Of a stretch of 35,795 bases of DNA, positions 22,210 through 31,176 are shown piece after piece. Made by a program: the position numbers and the translations under genes. The stretch spans positions 1 to 35,795 of the forward strand of contig DATART010000124.1 in assembly GCA_036264035.1 (NCBI GenBank), given 5' to 3'. This stretch comes from Thermoanaerobaculia bacterium. GTDB lineage: Bacteria > Acidobacteriota > Thermoanaerobaculia > Gp7-AA8. Within the stretch, counting starts at the first letter, position 1; each line of letters begins with the position of its first letter. The notes beneath the pieces are model-generated. The model saw only the letters and a program-made list of their open reading frames with translations, did not search any database and had not been told where the DNA came from.

Positions 22210-23763
22210 GTGATTTTGCGCCGCACCTTCGTTCTGCTTCTGGTGGTCGCGTGCGCGCGACATGAGCCTGCCCCGGTCCGCGCGCCAACGGCTCCGCCGC
22301 GGGCCGTTGCGCCGCCGCAACTGCCGAAGCCGGCCGAGTCGGCGCCGGCGAAGGCGCCGGATGTTGCGCCGGTGGCGCGCGACCTGCCGGAGATCGCCAG
22401 CGATGGGACGCTGCGCGTTCTTTTCACGTTCAACTCCACCGGCTACTTTTTGTATCGCGGCGAAACGCTCGGATACGAATACGAGCTGCTGACGATGTTT
22501 GCGCGCGACGCGAAGCTGCGGCTGGAGCCGCTGGTGATCCGCGACAGCAGCGAATTGTTCGATCATCTCAATCGAGGCGACGGCGACCTCGTAGCGGCGC
22601 AGCTGTCGATTCCATCCGCTACGCCGCCGATTGGCGTGGCCGTCACCGACTCGCTGTACGAGACTGCGCCGGTGGTCGTGCAGCGTTCGCCATCCGGCGG
22701 CAGCGCGACGCCGACGGTCGCGAAAGATCTGGCGCGCGAAGAGAAGACGACGCCGTCTACCGTCGAAGTGCGAGCGCGGCTGGTTTCGACGCCACGCGAT
22801 CTCGCCGGCCAACGCGTCGAGATTCCGCGCACATCGCCCTATCGCCAGCGGCTACTCGAGCTGAACGAGGAACTAACGCAGGACATCGACGTGGTCGAGG
22901 TCGATGAGTCGAGCGATCGCATCATTCAGGAACTGGCGGAAGGTGAAATCGCCTTCACCGTGGCCGCGGAGAACGTTGCCGCGCTGAAGAGCGGCGAATA
23001 TACGAATTTGATCATCAAGCCGGCCATCGGTCCGCCGCAGCCGGTGGTCTGGGCCGTCCGCCGCAACTCTCCGCAACTCCTCAGCGCACTCAATCAGTGG
23101 CTCGCGAACAAGCGCAAGGCCGGACTGCTCGCCGTGCTCTATCGCAAGTACTTCCTCGATCGCCGCGCGTACACGGCCCGCGTCAACAGTCCGTTTCTGA
23201 CGGCCGAGACGGGGACGCTTTCGCCATACGACGACTGGTTTCGCGAGTACGCGCGCATTCCCGGTTGGGATTGGCGCCTCGTCGCCGCGCAGGCCTTTCA
23301 GGAATCGCGTTTCAATCCGCGCGCGCATTCATGGGCCGGCGCAGTCGGGCTGATGCAGATCATGCCGAAGACAGCGCGACAGCTTCACGCCAACGCCGCC
23401 GATCCAAAACAGAGCGTGGAAGCGGCCTGCCGCTATCTCTGGACGATCGACGAGCAGTGGAAGGAGATCAAGTCCGACAGCGAGCGGATCAAGTTCATCC
23501 TGGCCTCGTACAACGTCGGCACCGGCCACGTGCAGGATGCCGTGCGCCTTGCTGCGAAGAACGGCGACGATCCGCAATCGTGGCTGGATGTGAGTTACTG
23601 GCTGATCCGCAAATCGAAACGCAGCGTCTACAACGATCCGGTCGTTAAACACGGCTTCGCGCGCGGTACTGAGCCGGTCGCCTACGTCGATCAAATTCTG
23701 CAGCGCTGGAGCAATTACAAGGAGTTCGTGAAGGAACCGGAGGCTGCGACGACGACTCAGTAG
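22210..23763 (+). CDS. mltF: MltF-like membrane-bound lytic murein transglycosylase (solute-binding-like domain plus SLT domain)
   Basis: Lipobox-like LLLVVACA after GTG 22210. Ala/Pro-rich linker. SBP_bac_3-like LRVLFTFNSTGYFLYRGETLGYEYELL. SLT catalytic region AQAFQESRFNPRAHSWAGAVGLMQIMPKTA ... ASYNVGTGHV. Confidence 0.75.
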   Translation: MILRRTFVLLLVVACARHEPAPVRAPTAPPRAVAPPQLPKPAESAPAKAPDVAPVARDLPEIASDGTLRVLFTFNSTGYFLYRGETLGYEYELLTMFARDAKLRLEPLVIRDSSELFDHLNRGDGDLVAAQLSIPSATPPIGVAVTDSLYETAPVVVQRSPSGGSATPTVAKDLAREEKTTPSTVEVRARLVSTPRDLAGQRVEIPRTSPYRQRLLELNEELTQDIDVVEVDESSDRIIQELAEGEIAFTVAAENVAALKSGEYTNLIIKPAIGPPQPVVWAVRRNSPQLLSALNQWLANKRKAGLLAVLYRKYFLDRRAYTARVNSPFLTAETGTLSPYDDWFREYARIPGWDWRLVAAQAFQESRFNPRAHSWAGAVGLMQIMPKTARQLHANAADPKQSVEAACRYLWTIDEQWKEIKSDSERIKFILASYNVGTGHVQDAVRLAAKNGDDPQSWLDVSYWLIRKSKRSVYNDPVVKHGFARGTEPVAYVDQILQRWSNYKEFVKEPEAATTTQ

Positions 23764-23766
23764 CCG

Positions 23767-24993
23767 CTACTTCGCCGCGTACGGTCCGAACATCGCCACC
23801 ACGTTGCCTGTATCGGTCATGTCGTCGAGCACGAAGACGCGGTACTCATCGCCGCCCGGCGCGACGCGGACGACGATGTGTCCGTGTTGCGCCTTGAGCT
23901 GGTCCGCGCGCGAGCCGATGCTGGCCTTGGTAGGTTCGCGCAGCGTCGTGATGAAAATGTCGCGAGGACCGGGATACAGCCGCGTGGCCATCATCCGCTT
24001 CAGCGAATCCTGCGACGGATGCGTCGCCGACCACGCCGGCACGATGATTACGCTCGAACGCAGCGTAGCCAGAAACCCGGCGCTCTCCGGATCGATCGAG
24101 CCGTGATGGTTGGCCACATGTACGTCCGTCGGACCGATGACGCGCGCCACGGCTGTCTCTACGGACTGCCACTCCGGCGCGCCGGCGTCGGGAACGCCGG
24201 GCATGTCGCCGCCTGTGAAGTAATCGAATTTTCCGTACCGAATCCGCAACCCGATGCTGCACATGTTTTCCGACGGCCTGTCCTCGTCCGCGATCGATTC
24301 CAGCGGCGGAAAAATCGAACGCGGCTCGTCGCCGCTGCCGGTCCACACCATGCCATTGCCCGCCACATTGCGCACTTCGAAATTCGGAAACGCCTTGGCC
24401 TCGTGCCGCAACACAATCTGATCCGCGCGTCCGACCTTGATCGTCTCTTCGCGCATGCGCTCTTTGTATGCATTCACGAACGCATGGAAGTTCTTCAACA
24501 TCGCATCTTCCGGCGGCGGCAGATATGAGTAGCCGCGATCGATGAGCGTGTCGATCGGCATGGCCTCCCCTACTTCGGCGATGCCCGTCAGCTTGAATGC
24601 GCCGCTCTTCGACGGCAGCGACGCCGCGGTCGGCGCGCCCATGTGGTCAGGATGGAAATGCGTGAGCAGCGCGTAGTCGAGATGCGGGGACGCCGGCGCC
24701 ATGGCGCGCTCGATGTAGCGCACGATCCAGCTGCCGGCGGTTCGCGAGGCATCCGGCCGCGGATCGGTATCGGCCATCTTGACGCCATCGTTCGCGGCGC
24801 CGGCGTCGACGAGCATCGTCGTTCCATCCGGAAAAATCAGGAAGGCCGAGTTGCCGCGTCCCGTGCTGATCTGATGGATGTCGAGCACGCCGCGCGACCA
24901 GGCAGGCAGCGACTTGCCAATCTCCTGCGCGGCGAGGGGAAACGCGAAGAGCAGAAGGAGGAGGATCGAACGCAAAACTCGCATGCCGCGCAT
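23767..24993 (-). CDS. secreted metallo-beta-lactamase-fold hydrolase
   Basis: Signal peptide ..LLLLLFAFPLAAQE. HxHxDH motif (LTHFHPDHMG). Later HVANHHGS. Alternative start ATG 24984. Confidence 0.75.
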   Translation of the reverse strand: MRGMRVLRSILLLLLFAFPLAAQEIGKSLPAWSRGVLDIHQISTGRGNSAFLIFPDGTTMLVDAGAANDGVKMADTDPRPDASRTAGSWIVRYIERAMAPASPHLDYALLTHFHPDHMGAPTAASLPSKSGAFKLTGIAEVGEAMPIDTLIDRGYSYLPPPEDAMLKNFHAFVNAYKERMREETIKVGRADQIVLRHEAKAFPNFEVRNVAGNGMVWTGSGDEPRSIFPPLESIADEDRPSENMCSIGLRIRYGKFDYFTGGDMPGVPDAGAPEWQSVETAVARVIGPTDVHVANHHGSIDPESAGFLATLRSSVIIVPAWSATHPSQDSLKRMMATRLYPGPRDIFITTLREPTKASIGSRADQLKAQHGHIVVRVAPGGDEYRVFVLDDMTDTGNVVAMFGPYAAK

Positions 24994-24995
24994 TC

Positions 24996-25015
24996 TGTCA
25001 TCACGCCGAATGACA
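24996..25015. promoter_or_regulatory. inverted repeat TGTCAT-N8-ATGACA in a 36-bp divergent intergenic region
   Basis: Read directly. It is the only structured element between the MBL start (24993) and the helicase start (25030). Confidence 0.2.
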
Positions 25016-25029
25016 TAAAGTCCCGCACT

Positions 25030-26877
25030 ATGTCTGACGACGCAACCTTTGCATCCCTCGGCCTCTCCGCTCCGCTCCTCGAGACGCTAGCGCAACTCGG
25101 CTACGAGGCTCCGACACCGATTCAGGCGCGTACGATTCCGGCGCTCCTGGCCGGACGCGATCTGATCGGTCAGGCGCAAACCGGCACCGGCAAGACGGCC
25201 GCGTTCGCGCTGCCGATCCTCCAACAGCTCGATCTGAAGAGCAAAGCCACGCAGGCGCTCGTGCTGACGCCGACTCGCGAGCTGGCCATGCAGGTCTCCG
25301 ACGCCATGCACTCCTACGCGAAAAAACTCGACGGCGTGGCCGTCCTTCCCGTCTACGGTGGCGCGCCGATCTTCGGGCAGATGAAGCATCTGCAGCGCGG
25401 CGCGCACGTCGTCGTCGGTACACCGGGACGGCTCATCGATCACCTCGACCGCGGCACGCTCGATCTCGCCAAGGTGCGCATGGTGGTTTTGGATGAAGCC
25501 GACGAAATGCTGAAGATGGGCTTCATCGACGAGGTCGAGCGGATGCTCTCGCTCGTGCCGACGCCGCGGCAGGTAGCGCTCTTCTCCGCCACGATGCCGG
25601 AGCCGATCGCGCGCATCGCGCAGCGGCATCTCGTCAAACCGGAGCGGGTAGAAATCGAGCATCACGGAATCTCCGCGCCCGATATCGAGCAGCGCTTTCT
25701 GAATGTGGCCGAGGGGCAGAAGCTCGAGGTGCTGACGCAGATGCTGGAGTTGGAGGAGGCGGACGCCGTCCTCATCTTCCGCCGCACGAAGAATGGCGCG
25801 GCCGAGTTGGCGGAGAAACTAGGCGGACGTGGATTCGCGGCCGAGCCGATGCACGGCGATATGAAACAAGCCGAGCGCGAGACGGTCATCCGCAAATTGA
25901 GAGCTGGAAAGATCGACATCGTCGTCGCCACCGACGTCGCCGCACGCGGCCTCGACGTCGAGCAGATCACGCACGTCGTCAACTACGACATCCCGAACGA
26001 CGTCGAGGCGTACGTGCATCGCATCGGACGCACGGGCCGCGCCGGCCGCAGCGGCGTGGCCACGCTCTTTATTACGCCGCGCGAGCGCCGCATGATGCGC
26101 GAGATCGAGCGCTTCACCGGCACGCAGATCAAGCCGATGAAGATGCCGTCGCGCGCCGACGTGGCCGCGCGCCGCATCGCCGTTTTCAAGGAGACGCTGC
26201 GCAAGGAGCTGCAGAACGGCGATCTCGATCTCTACGTGCAGGTCGTCACGGAGCTCGCCGACGAAGGTCCGTCCGACATGGCCGAAGTCGCCGCGGCCGC
26301 GGCGCGTCTCGCGCACGGCGCGCGCGCGGTAGCCGCGCCGGTCGTGGAGACGCCGCCTGTGCCGGTGCGCGCGGAACGCGACGATGAGGAACCAAAGGTG
26401 CGACTCTCGATGGCCGTCGGCAAAAAGGACGGAATCCGTCCCGCCGACGTCGTCGGCTCCATCGCCAATGAGGCCGGCATCTCGGGACGTGAGATCGGAC
26501 CGATCGACATCCGCGACGAGATCACCTACGTTTCGATCCCGATGCGCCTGCGCGACGATGTCATCACCAAACTCGGCGGCGCGAAGTTCCGCGGACGGCC
26601 GGTGAATTTGAAAGTGGCCGGCGCCGAAGCGCCGTCCGACCGCCCGAAATTCGGCGGAGCTCCCGGCGCGCGTTTCCGGCGCGATGAAGCTCCTCGAACA
26701 GCGAAGACATTCGATCGCGACAAGAAGCCATTCGATCGCGCGAAGAAGCCGTACGATCGCAGCAAGACGCCGTACGAGAAGAAGCCGTACGACCGAAGCA
26801 AGAAACCGTTTGAGAAGAGCACGCCGTTCGACAAATTCAAGAAGCCGTTCGCCAAGGGCAAGCCGAAGAAACGGTGA
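25030..26877 (+). CDS. deaD: DEAD-box ATP-dependent RNA helicase, DeaD/CsdA-like, with DbpA-type RNA-binding domain and basic repeat tail
   Basis: Q motif (FASLGL..PTPIQ), AQTGTGKTAAF, PTRELA, DEAD (VLDEADEM), SAT, ARGLDV, HRIGRTGRAG. Also ..VRLSMAVGKKDGIRPADVVGSIANEAG... and the tail KKPFDRAKKPYDRSKTPYEKKPYDRSKKPFEK. Start ATG 25030; the upstream extension of ORF 24643 is antisense to the MBL gene. Confidence 0.85.
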   Translation: MSDDATFASLGLSAPLLETLAQLGYEAPTPIQARTIPALLAGRDLIGQAQTGTGKTAAFALPILQQLDLKSKATQALVLTPTRELAMQVSDAMHSYAKKLDGVAVLPVYGGAPIFGQMKHLQRGAHVVVGTPGRLIDHLDRGTLDLAKVRMVVLDEADEMLKMGFIDEVERMLSLVPTPRQVALFSATMPEPIARIAQRHLVKPERVEIEHHGISAPDIEQRFLNVAEGQKLEVLTQMLELEEADAVLIFRRTKNGAAELAEKLGGRGFAAEPMHGDMKQAERETVIRKLRAGKIDIVVATDVAARGLDVEQITHVVNYDIPNDVEAYVHRIGRTGRAGRSGVATLFITPRERRMMREIERFTGTQIKPMKMPSRADVAARRIAVFKETLRKELQNGDLDLYVQVVTELADEGPSDMAEVAAAAARLAHGARAVAAPVVETPPVPVRAERDDEEPKVRLSMAVGKKDGIRPADVVGSIANEAGISGREIGPIDIRDEITYVSIPMRLRDDVITKLGGAKFRGRPVNLKVAGAEAPSDRPKFGGAPGARFRRDEAPRTAKTFDRDKKPFDRAKKPYDRSKTPYEKKPYDRSKKPFEKSTPFDKFKKPFAKGKPKKR

Positions 26878-26892
26878 CCCGTAGCTCGTTCT

Positions 26893-26921
26893 CATCTGCG
26901 CGCCCATCTGCGTCATCTGCG
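26893..26921 (+). repeat. three direct copies of CATCTGCG (26893, 26905, 26914)
   Basis: Read directly in the 59-nt spacer between the helicase stop and the methyltransferase GTG 26937. Confidence 0.5.
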
Positions 26922-26936
26922 GATTAACATCCCTCG

Positions 26937-27767
26937 GTGGACGATCTCGACTTTCTAAATTTCAATCCCGACTTCAATTCGCCGCAGGTGATCGCCGTTT
27001 ACGACGAGGTCGCGCTCTGGTCGGCGATGTTCGGACTGCTGCTTCTCGAAGAAGTGCCGATGGCGAATGTGACGAACGCTCTCGACGTCGGCTGCGGCAC
27101 CGGCTTTCCACTCATCGAGCTGGCCGAGCGACTCGGCGATCGCGCGCACGTGCACGGCATCGATCCGTGGAGCGGGGCGCTCAAACGCGCCGCCGAAAAA
27201 ATCGCCAGCCGCGGAACGCGCAACGTGACACTGCACGAAGGAAGCGCGGCCGCGATGCCGTTTCCCGACGCTACCTTCGATCTCATCGTCTCCAACCTCG
27301 GCGTAAACAATTTCGACGACCGCGCCGCCGCCATCCGCGAATGCCGCCGCGTCGCCAGGCGCGGTGCGACGCTCGCTCTTACGACAAATCTGCAAGGCCA
27401 CATGCGCGAGTTCTACGACGTCTTCGCTGACGTCGTTCGCGATGACGCCGAGGCGTCAAAGCGGCTTCGCGATCACATCGAACATCGCGCCACGGTCGAC
27501 AACGTGCGCGAGTTGCTCGAAGGCGGCGGATTCAAAATCGCGCGGGTCGTCGAGCGCGAGTCCACCATGCGCTTCGCAAATGGCACCGCCCTCCTCAACC
27601 ACTACTTCATCAAGCTCGGCTTCCTCAATGCCTGGAAGAAAGTCGCCGCACCAGATGAGCGCGACGTCTTCGCGCGGCTTCGCAACGCACTCGATGAACT
27701 CGCACGACGTAACGGCGAGCTGCGCCTGACCGTCCCAATGGCGTACGTCGACGCAATGGCGCGATAA
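26937..27767 (+). CDS. class I SAM-dependent methyltransferase
   Basis: Motif I LDVGCGTGFPLIELAERLG, post-I HGIDPW, and FDLIVSNLGVNNF. Confidence 0.8.
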   Translation: MDDLDFLNFNPDFNSPQVIAVYDEVALWSAMFGLLLLEEVPMANVTNALDVGCGTGFPLIELAERLGDRAHVHGIDPWSGALKRAAEKIASRGTRNVTLHEGSAAAMPFPDATFDLIVSNLGVNNFDDRAAAIRECRRVARRGATLALTTNLQGHMREFYDVFADVVRDDAEASKRLRDHIEHRATVDNVRELLEGGGFKIARVVERESTMRFANGTALLNHYFIKLGFLNAWKKVAAPDERDVFARLRNALDELARRNGELRLTVPMAYVDAMAR

Positions 27768-27790
27768 TCGACGGCATCGGGAGGATTCCA

Positions 27791-29857
27791 ATGCGATTCA
27801 TCTCCGCGGTTTTCTGCGCAGTGCTCAGTGTGTCCGCATTCGCCGATAACACTTCCACGCAAGCGGGGGCCGCACAGGGATCGAGCGTGACCATTCCGCT
27901 GACCCGCTACGACGAGCTGCAGAAAGCGACGGAGAACGCCGCGGCGACAGTGATTGACACGCTATCGCTGGCCGGCACTTTCCACGATCACAACCTCACG
28001 ATGACGTTCGCCGGACGCAGCGTCGGCGCGCGCGCCGCCACGACCGTCATCAGCGGCGCTCCCGATCTCACGCTCTCCGGCTGCAGCGGCGACGCGCTTC
28101 TCGTGCGCAGCAGTAAGGGCGTTTACGACCTCATCGCGCTCGCGCCTTCGTTCACGCTTCGCTGCGATGCGCGTCCGAGCGGCAGCGACCGCGTTCGCAT
28201 GGACGTCGCGCAATCGGTGCTGGCCGTGCGCTCCAACGTCGCCGATGGTGAGCTCGTCCCGGGCGACGATAGCGCGGACAACCTGCGAGGCTACTCGCTG
28301 GTGCGTCAGGTCGCGGGCGGCAACGAGACGCTCGCGGCGACGGCCACCGGCCGCTATCTCATCACGCTCCTGCCGGACACCACGCGTTTCCGCTACGTGA
28401 TCCAGATCCACAATCCGAATCGCAACACCTCGCCGCTGCTCATCCATCTCGTGTCCGGCGAACACCTGCAGCAGATCGACTCCGCGGCGCCGTACGAGCC
28501 GAAGGACGGCAGCTACGCGTTCGCGATGCCGCCCGGCGACTCCACGATCACCATGACCGGCGAGTTGCAGGGAACCAACTTCGCGCCGCCAGTCGAGGCC
28601 AGCCTGCAGTACGTCGTCGTCGAATCGCATCCGTTGTTGCGTCCGGCCATGAAGTCGGCGGCCAAACGCCTGAGCACCGGGGAGACCGGCATCACGACGC
28701 AGTATCGCGGCGCGCTCGCGTTCGAAATCGGGCCGCGCGAACGCATCTCGTGGACGGTGACCCGCCTCGAAGCACTGCGTGCCATCAGCTACGCGGTACG
28801 CAACGTCACCCACACTCTGTTCGTGCCGGCGAACGGTCCTGTCCTCGGCGAGTCGGACCTCTATCTCGACAATCAGGGCGCGCCCGAGGTCGTCCTCCCG
28901 CCGAAACCGGAGCCGACGTTCGTCAGCCTGGAGGGCGAGCCGGTATTGATGACGAAGAATGCCGGCGGCGAACTTACCGTCCCACTTTCCGCCGGCGTGC
29001 AACACGTGATCGTGCAGCATCGCCAGGGCATCGCGCACCTCCCCATCGTCTTCGCGCAACTGCAGGTGCCAAGGCTTCCGGTGCCGTCGACGTATACGAA
29101 CGTGACCATCCGCTATCCCGATCACTGGATTCCGCTCTGGCAGTCGTTCGCCAGCCGAGGAACTACGTGGCGGCCGGACGCAGAGGCGATGATGGTTTTT
29201 GTTCTGCTGATGCTTTGGATCGAACGCGCGCTTGCATTCGTCAAGCTCGGCGTTCGCGTACGGTTGATTGCGGCGATATTTTTCGCGTTTGCGGCGATGG
29301 CCATTCCGATGGTGTTGTGGATCGTCGTTCTCGGATGCAGCGCGGTGACGTTGTTATGGATCGCGACCCAGCGCCGCGCGATTTCGCTTCCTCGGATCAT
29401 CGGAGTCGCCCTGGCGGCTGGCCTGCTGGTCGTCCTCGCATTCGTCTATTCGATGTCGCAACGCGCCGCATCCGATTACACGAACAGCGCGAAAATGGAG
29501 TCCGGGTCCGGGGGCATTGCCGCCGTCACCGATACGGCCACGACAAGCGCGCAGTCGGTGCCGCCGCCATCACCGAAGGCCGCGCCGGCGCGCAGTGCAT
29601 TCGCCTATCAAGGCCTCCCCGCGAAGTTCGAGCTTCCTGATGGCGTGCGATCGCAATCGTTCAGCGAGCAGTTACTCTCGCCGGAGCGGCCGCAGACGAT
29701 CACGCTCGTTCTGCTTTCGATGACGATCGTGACGTGGACTGCAGTCGCGCTGGCACTCATTGCCGCGTGGATGTTGTTGCGTGAACGGGGAACGATCAAG
29801 GAGTCGGTGCGAGGTCGGCTGGCCGAGGCCGCACCGGTCGCGCCGGCGGTCGTATAG
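27791..29857 (+). CDS. large envelope protein of unknown function (signal peptide, ~450-aa extracytoplasmic part, C-terminal multi-TM region)
   Basis: GGGAGG SD. MRFISAVFCAVLSVSAFA signal. Hydrophobic spans between MMVFVLLMLWIERALAF and GVALAAGLLVVLAFVY, plus a last span ITLVLLSMTIVTWTAVALALIAAWMLL. Confidence 0.65.
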   Translation: MRFISAVFCAVLSVSAFADNTSTQAGAAQGSSVTIPLTRYDELQKATENAAATVIDTLSLAGTFHDHNLTMTFAGRSVGARAATTVISGAPDLTLSGCSGDALLVRSSKGVYDLIALAPSFTLRCDARPSGSDRVRMDVAQSVLAVRSNVADGELVPGDDSADNLRGYSLVRQVAGGNETLAATATGRYLITLLPDTTRFRYVIQIHNPNRNTSPLLIHLVSGEHLQQIDSAAPYEPKDGSYAFAMPPGDSTITMTGELQGTNFAPPVEASLQYVVVESHPLLRPAMKSAAKRLSTGETGITTQYRGALAFEIGPRERISWTVTRLEALRAISYAVRNVTHTLFVPANGPVLGESDLYLDNQGAPEVVLPPKPEPTFVSLEGEPVLMTKNAGGELTVPLSAGVQHVIVQHRQGIAHLPIVFAQLQVPRLPVPSTYTNVTIRYPDHWIPLWQSFASRGTTWRPDAEAMMVFVLLMLWIERALAFVKLGVRVRLIAAIFFAFAAMAIPMVLWIVVLGCSAVTLLWIATQRRAISLPRIIGVALAAGLLVVLAFVYSMSQRAASDYTNSAKMESGSGGIAAVTDTATTSAQSVPPPSPKAAPARSAFAYQGLPAKFELPDGVRSQSFSEQLLSPERPQTITLVLLSMTIVTWTAVALALIAAWMLLRERGTIKESVRGRLAEAAPVAPAVV

Positions 29858-29860
29858 CTA

Positions 29861-30730
29861 TTACTTGTCGATTAATCCCGCGTTCGTGGCCCGGTCGAAG
29901 ACCCACTTCGATCCGTCCTTCACCATGCGCACGAGGAAGAGCGCCTTCTGGTTTTCGAAGAGATCTCCTTCGACGTTGAGGATCGCGCTGTCGCCGCGCA
30001 CCTCGCCGCCGGTGATCTTGCCGGGCTTCTTCGGAAGATGGAAGCCGAGGGTTTGGATGGCGTCGGCGAGGTTCTCGTTTTCACTGCGGTCGGATTCGTA
30101 GAACGACTCCAGCGTTTTCGCGGTCACGTTTCCCTTGATGCCGGCCCAACTCTTTTTCGCGATCGCCGTCTGCAGCGCGTTGAACGCCTTGCCCGGTTCG
30201 CCGCCATCGGCCGGCAGCTTCGTTCCCGCGGGCGGATGCGTGACCTCGGTCGAAAACTTCAGGTCGATCGCGTAGTCATCGCCATCCATCGTCTTCAGCG
30301 GCTTCGGCGAGAAGATGCGGCCGGCCACCTTGTCGCGCGTGTTGGTGATCATGTCTGCGGTCATGCGGCTGCCGGTCATCTCGACGTACTGCGTCATCGT
30401 GTCGGAGTAGGTGGCGTTCATGCTCACGTCGTTATCGGGACGCACCCAAAGCAGCACGTAGTTGTGATCGCGCAATGCTTTCTGGTTGATGACGTTCGTA
30501 TGCGGATCGAGCTCCGCCGCCGCTTCGGCGACGTCGATCGGCTCCTCGGAAAGCACGACTTCGATCGCGGACTTGCGCGCGTCGCGCTGATCGTGCGTCT
30601 CGTACGCCGCCGCGTATTTCGGCTTGATCGGAGGCCGCTTGCCAGCGGTGAATTGTCCCGAGGCTTCGCCGCCGAGGGCGATGACAGGGCAAAGAAGGAT
30701 GAGAAGCGCGGCGATTCGTTTGTGCGGCAT
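29861..30730 (-). CDS. secreted hypothetical protein
   Basis: Start ATG 30730 gives MPHKRIAALLILLCPVIALGGEA (signal peptide). 289 aa, balanced composition. The upstream 31 codons of the listed ORF were discarded. Confidence 0.6.
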   Translation of the reverse strand: MPHKRIAALLILLCPVIALGGEASGQFTAGKRPPIKPKYAAAYETHDQRDARKSAIEVVLSEEPIDVAEAAAELDPHTNVINQKALRDHNYVLLWVRPDNDVSMNATYSDTMTQYVEMTGSRMTADMITNTRDKVAGRIFSPKPLKTMDGDDYAIDLKFSTEVTHPPAGTKLPADGGEPGKAFNALQTAIAKKSWAGIKGNVTAKTLESFYESDRSENENLADAIQTLGFHLPKKPGKITGGEVRGDSAILNVEGDLFENQKALFLVRMVKDGSKWVFDRATNAGLIDK

Positions 30731-30782
30731 CGCGATACCGTAGGTCGCCGCTCCGCCCGCGGTCAAGTCATACTCTCCTCGC

Positions 30783-30986
30783 ATGAGCCTCTTCCTCGGC
30801 CTGCTCTTCGGATCGATCGGCATGGTCTACATGATCTACGGCAAGCGGCAGTCGAGCGTGCTCCACATCGTGGTCGGCGCGATCCTGATCATCTATCCCT
30901 ATCTTTTTTCGAACGCGTTGCTGGTCTTCATCGCCGGCGTGATCCTCACCGCGATTCCGTATGCACGTCTTCGAGGACTGATCTGA
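30783..30986 (+). CDS. small membrane protein (67 aa, 2-3 TM)
   Basis: MSLFLGLLFGSIGMVYMIYGKRQSSVLHIVVGAILIIYPYLFSNALLVFIAGVILTAIPY. The stop overlaps the next ATG (TGATG). No obvious SD. Confidence 0.5.
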   Translation: MSLFLGLLFGSIGMVYMIYGKRQSSVLHIVVGAILIIYPYLFSNALLVFIAGVILTAIPYARLRGLI

Positions 30987-31174
30987 TGAGCGACTACCTT
31001 CCGCTGACCTGTCCCTATTGCGGCGAGCCGGTCGAGCTGGCGGTCGAGGACACCGGCTGGAGCCGGCAGTCGTTCGTGCAGGATTGCCCCGTCTGTTGTC
31101 AGCCGTGGCAGGTCGAGCTGACGCGCGATGCATACGGGGATTGGAGCGCGACGTTGCGGACGGGGGACGAGTGA
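30986..31174 (+). CDS. CPXCG-motif cysteine-rich (zinc-ribbon-like) protein
   Basis: MSDYLPLTCPYCGEPVELAVEDTG....FVQDCPVCCQPWQVEL: CPxCG plus CPVCC, 62 aa. It is the 3' tail of the otherwise spurious ORF 30038..31174. Confidence 0.7.
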   Translation: MSDYLPLTCPYCGEPVELAVEDTGWSRQSFVQDCPVCCQPWQVELTRDAYGDWSATLRTGDE

Positions 31175-31176
31175 AC

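Noticed and set aside
24643-25029. Upstream extension of the helicase ORF (744-aa version). Similar extensions occur in ORFs 3047..4741, 4459..5382, 2424..3410, 9955..11619, 22069..23763 and 29861..30823.
   Set aside because: The extensions overlap neighbouring genes, are Arg-rich, and precede internal starts that give canonical N-termini: Q-motif, signal peptides, lipoboxes, AMP-ligase N-terminus.
26650-26925. Possible CRISPR-like or other spaced-repeat array (helicase tail repeats and CATCTGCG repeats)
   Set aside because: The repeats are 8-24 nt, degenerate and mostly in-frame coding sequence. They lack the 25-40-nt repeat/spacer periodicity of CRISPR. No cas genes are in the window.
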